Shown here one piece after another: positions 19,622 to 28,970 of a stretch of 64,000 nucleotides of DNA. Made by a program: the position numbers and the translations under genes. Origin of the DNA: an uncultured Actinomycetes bacterium (GTDB lineage: Bacteria > Actinomycetota > Thermoleophilia > UBA2241). The stretch covers positions 589,834-653,833 of the forward strand of contig CAVRZA010000004.1 in the NCBI GenBank assembly GCA_963725665.1, given 5' to 3'. Each line of letters opens with the position of its first letter. The stretch's first letter is position 1. The notes under the pieces were generated by a model, which worked only from the letters and a program-made list of their open reading frames with translations, searched no databases and was not told where the DNA came from.

Positions 19622-19903
19622 ATGAAGGATCTCGACTACTACGAGGGCCTGCCGTATCGGGCCGTCTGGGAGCACGCGGCGTCGGCCGATGGCGACTGGT
19701 ACTGGCGGGTCCACCTGCAGGAGATCCCGGCCGTCGCGGGTCTTGGAACGACGGAGGAGGAGGCCCTCGAGCAGCTACGCGAGCGGTTCGAGGAGTATGT
19801 CCGCTTTCATGTCGACGAAGGGCTCGACATCCCGGAGCCGAGGCCCTCTGCGAAGCCCTCGGTGGCCGACGCTCCGCCCGTGCCCGAAACCGAGAAGCCC
19901 TGA
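19622..19903 (+). CDS. HicB-like antitoxin domain protein
   Basis: 'VHLQEIPAVAGLGTTEEEALEQLRE...GLDIPEP' matches the HicB partial RNase H fold pattern. Confidence 0.75.
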   Translation: MKDLDYYEGLPYRAVWEHAASADGDWYWRVHLQEIPAVAGLGTTEEEALEQLRERFEEYVRFHVDEGLDIPEPRPSAKPSVADAPPVPETEKP

Positions 19904-19927
19904 CGGAGGCTTCCTGTTAGTTGCGCT

Positions 19928-20611
19928 CTACCGGCGCGCCAGCGAGACGAAGTAGAGGAGCTGCAGGATCGCCGTCACCGCGGCCCCGAGGTAGGTGAGC
20001 CCGGCGGCCGTCAGGACCTTCTTGGCCCCGGTGCGGTCATCGTCGGTCTGCATGAAGCCTGCCTCGGCCAGCAGACGCAGGCCGCGCTGGCTGGCGTCGA
20101 TCTCGACCGGCAGCGTCACCAGGCAGAAGACGACCATGAGGCCGAAGAAGAAGACGCCCAGCCAGAGAAGGCCGGTCATCTGCAGGATCAGCCCGAAGAA
20201 GATCATGAAGTAGGCGACGTTGGGGCTGATGACGACCGCCGGCACGAGGAAGTTGCGCATCGCCATGAGCGCCGAGCGCTGCTGGTGCTGCTGCACATGG
20301 CCGAGCTCGTGGGCGACGATAGCCATCGAGGCCACCGAGGGTTGGGTGGCGACCGCCTGCGACAGGTTCACGACGCCGGTGCGCGGGTCGAAGTTGTCGC
20401 CGAGCTCGCCTTGGGCTTGCCGGAACGGTATCGCCTTGAGCGAGGTGCGCGCGAACAGCGCGTCGCCGACCTGAGCCCCCGTCGCACCGGAGCTGTTGCG
20501 TACCTGGCGCCACTTCGCGTAGGTGCTCTTCAGGTACAGTTGCACGCTGCCTGAGATGATCAGGGTGGGGATCAGCACGTAGAGCACGTAGTGCCAATCG
20601 AAGATGAACAT
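19928..20611 (-). CDS. Membrane zinc metallopeptidase (YugP-like)
   Basis: 'AHELGHVQQ', 'TLPVEIDASQR', 'VLTAAGLTY'. Confidence 0.9.
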   Translation of the reverse strand: MFIFDWHYVLYVLIPTLIISGSVQLYLKSTYAKWRQVRNSSGATGAQVGDALFARTSLKAIPFRQAQGELGDNFDPRTGVVNLSQAVATQPSVASMAIVAHELGHVQQHQQRSALMAMRNFLVPAVVISPNVAYFMIFFGLILQMTGLLWLGVFFFGLMVVFCLVTLPVEIDASQRGLRLLAEAGFMQTDDDRTGAKKVLTAAGLTYLGAAVTAILQLLYFVSLARR

Positions 20612-20856
20612 CCGTTCTCCTCGCGTCTCGCCGCCGGGCACGCGACGGCCGGTCGTGGCCGTCGAGTACGTCGTGAAGTCTTCCCCGAGGACGGGCCTCC
20701 GTCAATCTTAGGAGGGCCGCTGTTGCGGTCGGGTGCGTCCGGGGCGGCGTGCCGATTTCGGGGCGCCGGGTCGGCCCTGCGCAGCGGCGTGCCGATCCGG
20801 CGCCCTCTTTGTCGGGGCGCAGCGGCAAGGTAGCATCGCCGCGACAGGGAGGGAGT

Positions 20857-22479
20857 GTGCCCGGCAAGGTCATCGTCTGCTTGTGTCACGACGTCACCGA
20901 GGACGACGTGCGCCGCGCCGTCGCCGAGGGCTACGACGATATCGAGACCGTCAAGCGCTTCACGGGCGCCATGATGGGCCCCTGCCAGGGCAAGACGTGC
21001 GCGTGCGCCCTGCGGGACCTGGTGGCGCGACTCACGGGGCGCGGCGCTGAGGAACAGGCGCTGCCGGCGCGGCGGCCGCCGGCCTACGCCGCCCGTCTCG
21101 GGGCTTTGAGCGGCGGCATCGACGAGGAGACGTCGACGGCGGCCGCCGCGCAGGGCAGCGCCGGACCTGAGGCGCCGCGCTCGGAGGTGTCGCGTTCGGG
21201 TGTGCCACGCCCGACCGCAGCGCGTCCGGTCGCCAGAGCGGCCCATCGCCGAGAGCTTCCTCGGCACGGCGTCCCCGGCACGACGACGAGCGAGCTGCGC
21301 AAGGCCTACGACGTCGTGGTGATCGGCGCCGGCATCCAGGGGCTCGCCCTGGCCTACGAGCTCGCGAAGCTCGGCGCCGGGCGCATCGCCGTGCTCGAGC
21401 GCGGCTACCCGGGATGCGGCGCCAGCGGCCGCAACGGCGAGATGATCCGTTCGGCCTTCGCCTCTCCCGAGTGGATCCGCTTCTTCGACGAGAGCCTGCG
21501 CCGCTGGCAGACCCTCTCCGCGGAGCTCGAGTTCAACGTCCTCTTCACGCCGGCGGGCTACCTCGTCCTGGCCTCGACGCCAGAGCTGGCGGAGGCCCAG
21601 CGCCGCTACGTCCACCGCCAGCACGAGCTCGGTCTGCACACGGAGATACTCAGTGCGGCACAGGTGCGCGACCTTTGCCCCGCGCTGAACCCCGACCTGG
21701 TCGCCGGCGGCATCCTGCAGCGCGACGGCGGCTTCGCGCACCACGACGCCTGCGTGTGGGGCTACGCGCAAGCGGCCGCCCGCCGGGGCGTCGAGATCCA
21801 CCCCTACACCACGGTGACCGGCGTGTACGTCGCCGCCGGCAGAGTCCGCGGCGTGAGCGCGCTGAAGGCGTCGGCGGCGAGGGACAGCGCCGTCACGGTG
21901 GCCACCCCCCTCGTCGTCGACGCCGCCGGGGGGCACGCGGCCGACGTCGCGGCCATGGCGGGTGTCGAGGTCCCCGTGAAGACGTTCCGCCTGGAGATGA
22001 TGGCGACGGAGTCGCTGGCGCCCTTCTTGAGGCCTGCCGTCAGCGCCCCCGCGATCATGGGCTACTGCCACCAGACGACGCGCGGGGAGTTCGTCGGCGG
22101 CACCGAGCCCGGCGGCACCGAGCCCTCGACCAGCCTGCGATCGACCGTCTCTGCGGTGCGTCACGCGGCCGACCGCTTCGCGCGCCTCCTACCGGCGCTG
22201 GCCGGCGCGCGCATGCTGCGCCAGTGGACCGGACTCGTCACCGAGACTGCCGACGTTGCCCCCGTGCTCGGACCGGTGCCCGAGGTCCAGGGGTTCATCC
22301 TCGACTGCGGCTGGGTGTACGGCTTCATGGGCGCTCCGGGCGCCGCCGCGCTGCTCGCCGAACACATCGCGACCGGGGTGATGCCGGAGGTGCTGGCGCC
22401 GTTCGGGGTCGAGCGTCTGCGTGCGGGTCGTCTCATCCCCGAGACGTCGCTGGTCGTGAGCGCGGAGGCGCGGGGATGA
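20857..22479 (+). CDS. BFD-like Cys domain fused to sarcosine oxidase beta / proline dehydrogenase-like FAD oxidoreductase
   Basis: N-terminal 'CLCHDVT...GPCQGKTC'; 'VVVIGAGIQG', 'GASGRNGE'. Confidence 0.85.
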   Translation: MPGKVIVCLCHDVTEDDVRRAVAEGYDDIETVKRFTGAMMGPCQGKTCACALRDLVARLTGRGAEEQALPARRPPAYAARLGALSGGIDEETSTAAAAQGSAGPEAPRSEVSRSGVPRPTAARPVARAAHRRELPRHGVPGTTTSELRKAYDVVVIGAGIQGLALAYELAKLGAGRIAVLERGYPGCGASGRNGEMIRSAFASPEWIRFFDESLRRWQTLSAELEFNVLFTPAGYLVLASTPELAEAQRRYVHRQHELGLHTEILSAAQVRDLCPALNPDLVAGGILQRDGGFAHHDACVWGYAQAAARRGVEIHPYTTVTGVYVAAGRVRGVSALKASAARDSAVTVATPLVVDAAGGHAADVAAMAGVEVPVKTFRLEMMATESLAPFLRPAVSAPAIMGYCHQTTRGEFVGGTEPGGTEPSTSLRSTVSAVRHAADRFARLLPALAGARMLRQWTGLVTETADVAPVLGPVPEVQGFILDCGWVYGFMGAPGAAALLAEHIATGVMPEVLAPFGVERLRAGRLIPETSLVVSAEARG

Positions 22480-24198
22480 GCCGCGGCGAAGGCCTCATAC
22501 CGCCGCCACGTGTCGAGGCGATGCGGCGGCTCATCGCTTCGCGTCGCGAGAGGAAGCAAGCCCCGTCGGGTCTGCGCATGGGGGCCCACCCGTGTCTGCC
22601 GCCGCGCGAGAAGCGACCTGTCGTCTTCCTCTTCGAAGGGCGGCAGGTCGAGGCGTATGAGGGCGAGAGCGTCGCCGCGGCGCTCTTGGCCGCCGGCGTC
22701 CAAGGGTTGAGCAGGAGCTTCAAGTATCACCGTCCGCGCGGGGTGCTGTGCGGCAGTGGCTGGTGCCCTGCGTGCAGCATGCGCGTCGACGGGCTCCCCG
22801 GGGTGCGCACGTGCGTGACGCCGGTGCGGCAGGGCGCGGTCGTCGAGCGCGACCGTCCGTGGGGAACCGGCGAGCACGACGCGCTACGCGCGCTCGAGCT
22901 CGCCGGTCCCTTCGCCGGGGCCGGCTTCTACTACCGCTATTTCACAGACCGGCCGCGCACCTACCGCGTGTGGGAGCGCCTGCTGGCCAACCTAGCGGCG
23001 GGGGGCCGCCTGCCCGACGCGGCGGCGGCCCGCCTCTGCCGCTCGGCCGGCGTGCAGGTGCGGGAGGTCGACGTGTGCGTGGTCGGAGGTGGCGCGGCCG
23101 GCGTGGCCGCGGCGCTTGCCGCGGCGCGCGCCGGCCGCGCCACCCTCCTCGTCGAGCGCGACGCCGAGATCGGCGGCGCCCTGCTGGCCGAGACGCGGAC
23201 GCTGACCGAGCTCGATGCCGTCGACGTGCCTCCGGTGGCGCGAGTGGGGCAGGGGAGCGAGGACGAAGCCGCGCTCGGGGAGGCACGCTCGTCGGCGGCT
23301 GTCCTGCGTGAGCTGGTCGGGGGTGACGTGCCTCCCGACTTGCGCGGCTTCGCCCTCGCCGCTCACCTGGCCGAGACCGCGGCGGCGCCAGGACGGCCTC
23401 GAGGTCCTGGCGGGCGCCACTGCCCAGGCGTGGGGCGATGAAGGCGTCTTGCTCGTCGAGACGCCGTCCGGACCGCTGCTGGTGACGACGAGCACGCTGG
23501 TCGTCGCCGCCGGCACGCGCGACCGCAAGGTCGCGTTCCCCGGCGGCGACCTGCCCGGTGTGATGCTCGCCCGGGGTGTGCAGCGGCTCCTGCACCGTGA
23601 CCGCGTGCGCCCAGGCCGGCGGGCGGTCGTGGCCGGCGACGGCGCCATCGGCTACGCGGTGGCGCGCCAGCTTCTGGACGCCGGCGTCGAGGTCGCGGCG
23701 CTCGCCGACGTGAGTGTCGCGGCAGCGCCGGACCTGCCGGAGTCATCTGGCGTCAGCCCTGTGGCGTCTTCCGCCGCCATGCGGCAGCCGCTGCCGGAAA
23801 GCGTGCGCGTCCTGCACCTTCATGCGGTCAAGGCGGCGCACGGCTTCGGGCGCCTGCGCGGCGTGACGCTCACCCCGGCCGACGGGCACGCGGCCAGAGG
23901 AGCGGGCCGGCGTGACGTGCGCCTCGAATGCGACACGCTCTGCCTGGCCCTCGGTGAGGAGCCGGCCGACGAGCTCGTGGCGCAGTTCGTGGCTCACGGC
24001 AGTCACAGCCTCAGCGGGCCGCGCTGGCGAAGCGAGCCGGCGCCCGACCGCCCTGGCGCGGAGATGATCGCGCCTAGCCCTGCCCCGGGTCTCTGGCTGG
24101 CCGGCTCCCTAGCCGGTCCGTGCTCTCTCGCCACGGCGCTGGCGCAGGGCGTGTCGGCAGGCGAGCGGGCCGCCCAAGCCTCGTCAGCATCGGCCTGA
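22476..24198 (+). CDS. Sarcosine oxidase alpha-like Fe-S/FAD subunit, frameshift near 23388
   Basis: 'LSRSFKYHRPRG..CGSGWCPAC', 'VRTC', 'VVGGGAAG', continues in another frame 'FPGGDLPGVM'; ATGA overlap with the beta gene. Confidence 0.82.
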
Positions 24199-24574
24199 TC
24201 CGGGATTGCGTCTGACTACAGACCCAAGCGGGCGATCCGTTCACTGAGGCGCGGCACGATCGAGCCGCAAAAGGGCTGCCGCCTGCTCGAGGCTGACGGC
24301 GCCGCGTTGCAGCAACGCCAGGTGCTCAGGCGGGTCTGCCGACGAGGAGGTCGGCCGCGGGGGTGCTCCGTCGGAGTGCCCCCACGCGGCCGGCCGCATC
24401 CTCCCCTGGGGAGAGGGCTCTCCTGTCCTTTGCCCCGCGCGATCGAGGACACACCCCCCGAATCTCCTCCTCCGGAGAAGACCAAGATGCCCCACCGGGG
24501 CGACGACTCCCGCGGCGCCTGCCACTAGCCTGTGAGACAGACGGTAAGTGAATCGCGGAGCGACGGAGGGAGTC

Positions 24575-24754
24575 ATGTTCAACCTCACGACAATGGACAC
24601 CAAGACGGACTGGCGCGGTGGCCCGCGCACCAGCCGCAGGGGTCGTCGGGGCGCCCGCCGCATCGACTACAACGCACTTGCGGCCGTCGAGTACCGCCGC
24701 GCCCTACGCTCTGCGCTCGCAGCGCACGCTGAGACCCGCTTGCGCGTGTTCTGA
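24575..24754 (+). CDS. Small Arg-rich hypothetical protein (59 aa)
   Basis: GGAGGGAG RBS before ATG; followed by a strong hairpin. Confidence 0.6.
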   Translation: MFNLTTMDTKTDWRGGPRTSRRGRRGARRIDYNALAAVEYRRALRSALAAHAETRLRVF

Positions 24755-24785
24755 ATCTCAACGCCCCTTCTCTCGGTAGCGAGCG

Positions 24786-24830
24786 GGCGCCGGGAGGCCA
24801 GAATGGCCTCCCGGCGCCGGCCGACTTTGT
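24786..24830 (+). terminator. Intrinsic terminator-like hairpin
   Basis: ggcgccgggaggcca-gaa-tggcctcccggcgcc, short T run downstream. Confidence 0.6.
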
Positions 24831-24857
24831 GCGGATGTGCCACCAAGTCGCGCGCGA

Positions 24858-24891
24858 AATCACGCACGATTGTGCAAGAATGTGCGTGGTT
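24858..24891. promoter_or_regulatory. Inverted repeat, putative regulator site
   Basis: AATCACGCAC...GTGCGTGGTT with nested GCACGATTGTGC upstream of the saccharopine-dehydrogenase-family gene. Confidence 0.45.
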
Positions 24892-25068
24892 CGTGACATC
24901 TGCGTTCGGGCGGCCCGTGGGGGCTCCCGTCGGCGCCAAAGGCGGTCGCCGCGAGGCGGCCGGCGGATCACAACCACTCAGCGACGTTCCTGTCGCGCTC
25001 ACTTAAGGCGTCCACGCCGGCCGCTTCACGCTACCCGGCGCCAATCGACCAGTGGAGGGTTGCAGTCT

Positions 25069-26370
25069 ATGAAGATTCTCGTCATCGGTACCGGAGGCGT
25101 GGGGGAGAGCGCGGCGACCATCGCCAAACGGCGCGATCCCAAGGGAGACTGGCTGCAGCTCTGCGTCATGGCCGACTACAACCTCGAGCGTGCGCAGCGG
25201 TTCTCTCAGAAGCTTGGCGACGACCGCTTCCCGGCGGAGCAGGTCAACGCCGCCGACGTCGACCAGATGGTCGCGCTGGCCAAGAAGTACGACGTCGACC
25301 TCATCTTCAACGCGGTCGCCCCGAACTTCAACCAGGCTATCCTGGGCGCGGCTCTCAAGGCCGAGACCAACTACATGGACACGGCGATGACGCTCTCGGA
25401 GCCGCATCCGAGCGACCCCTTCAACCAGTGCGGCCTGAAGCTCGGTGACGAGGAGTTCCCTCTGAGTCCCGAGTTCGACAGGATCGGCAAGCTCGTCATG
25501 GCTGGCTGCGGCGTCGAGCCCGGCATGGCCGACCTCTTCGCCCGCTACGGGGCCGATCACTTCTTCGACCAGGTCGAGGAGATCGGCATCCGCGACGGCT
25601 CCAACCTCGAGATCCCGGGTTTCAGCGGCATCAGCTTCGGTTTCTCCATCTGGACCACCATCGAGGAGTGCACCAACCCGGCGATCGTCTGGGAGTCCGG
25701 TAAGGGCTGGCACACCGTGCAGCCGTTCTCCGATCCCGAGCCGTTCTGGCTTCCCGAGGGCATCGGCACGGTCGAGGTGGCTCACGTCGAGCACGAAGAG
25801 GTCATCTGCATCGGCCGCGCCGCGCCCCTGCTCAAGGGCGTCAAGAAGGCGACCTTCAAGTACGCGTTGGGCGACGAGTTCATCAACGCCATTGAGGTCT
25901 TCAAGGCCGTCAACATCGACAAGAAGGAGAAGATCAAGGTCGGCGACTGCATGGTGAGCCCGCGCGACGTCGTCGCCGCGGCGGCCCCCGATCCCCTCGA
26001 GATCGGCAAGCGCTATGTCGGCAAGACGGCGGCCGGTACCTGGATCCGCGGCAAGAAAGACGGTCTCACGCGCGAGGTCTACCTCTACCAGGTGGCCGAC
26101 AACCAGGAGTGCGTCGAGAAGTACGACCAGCAGGTCGTGCAGGCCCAGACGGCCTTCACGCCGGTCGTCCTCTGGGAGCTCATGGCCGCCGGCAAGTGGG
26201 CCGGCTACAAGGGCAACCCCGCCAGCGGCGTGCACGTGCCCGAGGAGTTCGACGCCGACGACTACGTCGCGCTCATGCCGGCGTATGAGTTTCCCGGCGG
26301 ACTGCTCGAGATGGAGTCTGAGTACAAGATCGCCCAGGACCGCGGCGCCCTCTTGGCGCCGGCCAGGTAA
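25069..26370 (+). CDS. Saccharopine dehydrogenase family protein (carboxyspermidine dehydrogenase-like)
   Basis: GGAGG RBS; 'VIGTGGVG', 'NYMDTA', 'GCGVEPG', 'HVEHEEV', 'SPRDVVAA'. Confidence 0.88.
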   Translation: MKILVIGTGGVGESAATIAKRRDPKGDWLQLCVMADYNLERAQRFSQKLGDDRFPAEQVNAADVDQMVALAKKYDVDLIFNAVAPNFNQAILGAALKAETNYMDTAMTLSEPHPSDPFNQCGLKLGDEEFPLSPEFDRIGKLVMAGCGVEPGMADLFARYGADHFFDQVEEIGIRDGSNLEIPGFSGISFGFSIWTTIEECTNPAIVWESGKGWHTVQPFSDPEPFWLPEGIGTVEVAHVEHEEVICIGRAAPLLKGVKKATFKYALGDEFINAIEVFKAVNIDKKEKIKVGDCMVSPRDVVAAAAPDPLEIGKRYVGKTAAGTWIRGKKDGLTREVYLYQVADNQECVEKYDQQVVQAQTAFTPVVLWELMAAGKWAGYKGNPASGVHVPEEFDADDYVALMPAYEFPGGLLEMESEYKIAQDRGALLAPAR

Positions 26371-26496
26371 GCAGATGTGAACGGGGTGGGGGAGCGAGGC
26401 CGGGACAGGCCTCGCTCCCACGCCCAGGTGAAGGGAGTCGGTCCGGCGCGTCCACGCGCCGGGTGTCGAGCCGGTGAGAACCGGCTGTGAAGGAAG

Positions 26497-28076
26497 GTGG
26501 AAGGTTGGAAAGCTCTGAGTTCGTATGCCGGCAGCGACGGCATAACAGCCGGCAAAGCACGGCCGGCCGCGGGGCAGGCGGGCCAGACACCGTCCGGGGC
26601 GAGCGCCAAAGGGCTTCGACTCGGGCGCTCTCGAGCCTCTTCGGCAGCGTCACCTTCGGCGTCGCGTCGGTGGCGCCCGCCTACAGTCTGGCGGCCACCA
26701 TCGGCCTGATCGCTGCTGTGGTCGGCCTGGCGGTCGCCGTTCGTCATGCTGGTCGCATTCATCCCCATGGTCTGGTCTCGGCCGGCTTCTACTACATGAA
26801 CCGCGCCGATCCCGACTGCGGTCAGTCGTTCATCTGGACGTCGCGCGCCATGGGGCCGCAGGTCGGCTGGATGTCGGCTTCGCCGCCGTGGCCGCCTCGA
26901 CGATCGTGATGGCGAACCTCGTGCAGATCGCCTCGCAGTACATGTTCCTCTTCTTCGGCCTCGATGGGCTGGCGAGCTCGACGTTCTGGGTGACGGTCGG
27001 CGGCGTGTGCTGGATCCTCTTCGTGGCCATCTTCGTGGCCATCGGCATCCAGGTCTCAGCCAAGGTGCAGTACGTGCTCATGGCGATGCAGATCGGCGCC
27101 CTCGTATTGTTCACGGTCTGGGCCATCGTCAAGGCGATCGCTGTGCACCCGGAGGGATACGCACCGCTGCGCCTGTCGCACCTGTTCTCGACCCACCTCA
27201 CCGCGAGCCAGCTCTCCGCCGGTGTGCTGCTGGCCATCTTCCTCTACTGGGGCTGGGACTCGGTGACCAGCGTCAACGAGGAGTCAGCAGGACTCGAGCA
27301 GGATGCCCGGGATCTCGGCCATCCTCAGCACGATCCTGCTGGTCATCGTCTACATGACCGTGACCGTCGCCGCGCAGATGTACCACGGCGCGCAGTTCCT
27401 GGTCGACAACCCCGACGATACCTTCGGGCCGCTGGCGAAGGACGTGCTCGGCAGTCCTCTCGACAAGCTCGTTCTGTTGTCGGTCTTCACGTCAGGCGCG
27501 GCCTCGGCTCTGACCACCCTGCTGCCGTTGACGAGAAGCACCCTCTCGATGGCGTCGCACAAGGCCTTCCCCAGGGTGTTCGGCAAGGTCGACCCCAAGT
27601 ACCAGACGCCCTTCTGGGGCACGGTCATCCTCACCGTCATCTCGATCGCCTGGTACGTGCTCATGACGGCTGTCAATGTGAACGCCCTCTATGACGCCAT
27701 CGGCGGGCTCGGGTTCATGATCTGCCTGACCTACGGCTTCGTCGGTTTCGCGTCGGCTATCTACTACCGCAAGGAGCTCCTCAAGAGTGTCAAGAACTTG
27801 GTGCTCATGGGGATCGTGCCGGCGGCCGGCGGCGTCATCATGATGCTCGTCTTCTACAAGTCGGCCGTCGACTACTGGAACCCCGACAACTCGTACGCCG
27901 GCGCCTGGTTCGGCATCGGCTCCACGTTCGTGATCGGCATCGGCACGATCCTGCTGGGCGTGGTCTTGATGTTCGTCATGTGGGCGGTGAGGCCGGAGTT
28001 CTTCCGGCGCAAGCCCGAGACGTGGCCCGGCGAAGGGCAGCCGATCCCATACGCCGACGAGCGCGTAGAAGGCTGA
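26497..28076 (+). CDS. APC family amino acid/polyamine permease, several frameshifts
   Basis: Pieces in different frames: 'GVASVAPAYSL', 'PDCGQSFIW', 'FLYWGWDSVTSVNEE', 'DPKYQTP'; start approximate. Confidence 0.8.
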
Positions 28077-28095
28077 TCGACAGCGAGTCAGGCGC

Positions 28096-28183
28096 GGGCG
28101 GGGCGCCGGGCCGGACGGCCCGGCGCCCCGCCCGTCTATGTGAGAGGGCGGCGAGGCCGTGCACGGCCTCGCCGCCCTCTCAC
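28096..28183. terminator. Tandem GC hairpins after the APC gene; second is a 44-bp perfect palindrome
   Basis: gggcggggcgccgggcc...ggcccggcgccccgccc, then gtgagagggcggcgaggccgtg|cacggcctcgccgccctctcac. Confidence 0.6.
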
Positions 28184-28429
28184 GGTCAGACTCGGCTGTC
28201 GCCCTTAGGGCCTCCGCCTGATTGAAGCTCCACCGTCAAGCGAGTAGAAGCATGGATGCTGAGCATCTCCAGGCCCGGACGCCGGTCCATATGGGCTGGC
28301 ATGGCGGGAGACGCGGGGGGCGAGGACGGTTGAGAAAGACACCGCCATGCTCAGAGCGCGTGGCGACGAGGGCATGGTCGAGCAGGTAGCCCGGTGCGCG
28401 CCGCGCCGCGCGCGGCGGGTAGGTGCTCG

Positions 28430-28969
28430 GTGACGGTTGCTCCCGACGCCGGACGGCCGAGCGGGCCGTCCGCGTCGTCCCGGTCGGTCGACCCCCTGGC
28501 TCAGCTTCTGCACGAGTCCAATGGGAAGCGCTCTGACCTGGTTCCGGTGCTGCAGCGGACGCAGGAGACGCTCGGCTACCTCTCGCCCGACGCCATCGGA
28601 CGCATCGCCCGCCGGCTCAGGCTCTCGGAGAGCGAGGTCTTCGGCGTGGCCAGCTTCTACGCCCAGTTCCGCTTCACCCCGCCCGGCCGCCACCGGCTGC
28701 GCGTCTGCCTCGGCACCGCCTGCCACGTGAAGGGCGGCGTCCAGATGCTGGAGACCGTCGAGCGCCGCTTGGGCGTCGGTGCCGGAGAGACGACGGCCGA
28801 CGGCGAGTACGATGTCGAGCGCGTGGCGTGTCTGGGCTGCTGCGCGCTGGCTCCCGTCATCACGCTGGACGACGCCGTCTACGGACAGATGAGCGTTCTC
28901 CAGCTGCAGGAGCTCATCGACGCGGACGCCGCGCACGGGAGCCGTTCGAGCGAGGGCGACGAGGGCTGA
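28430..28969 (+). CDS. NuoE/HydC-like [2Fe-2S] subunit
   Basis: 'VFGVASFYAQF', 'VCLGTACHVKG', 'ACLGCCALAP'. Confidence 0.93.
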   Translation: MTVAPDAGRPSGPSASSRSVDPLAQLLHESNGKRSDLVPVLQRTQETLGYLSPDAIGRIARRLRLSESEVFGVASFYAQFRFTPPGRHRLRVCLGTACHVKGGVQMLETVERRLGVGAGETTADGEYDVERVACLGCCALAPVITLDDAVYGQMSVLQLQELIDADAAHGSRSSEGDEG

Positions 28970-28970
28970 C

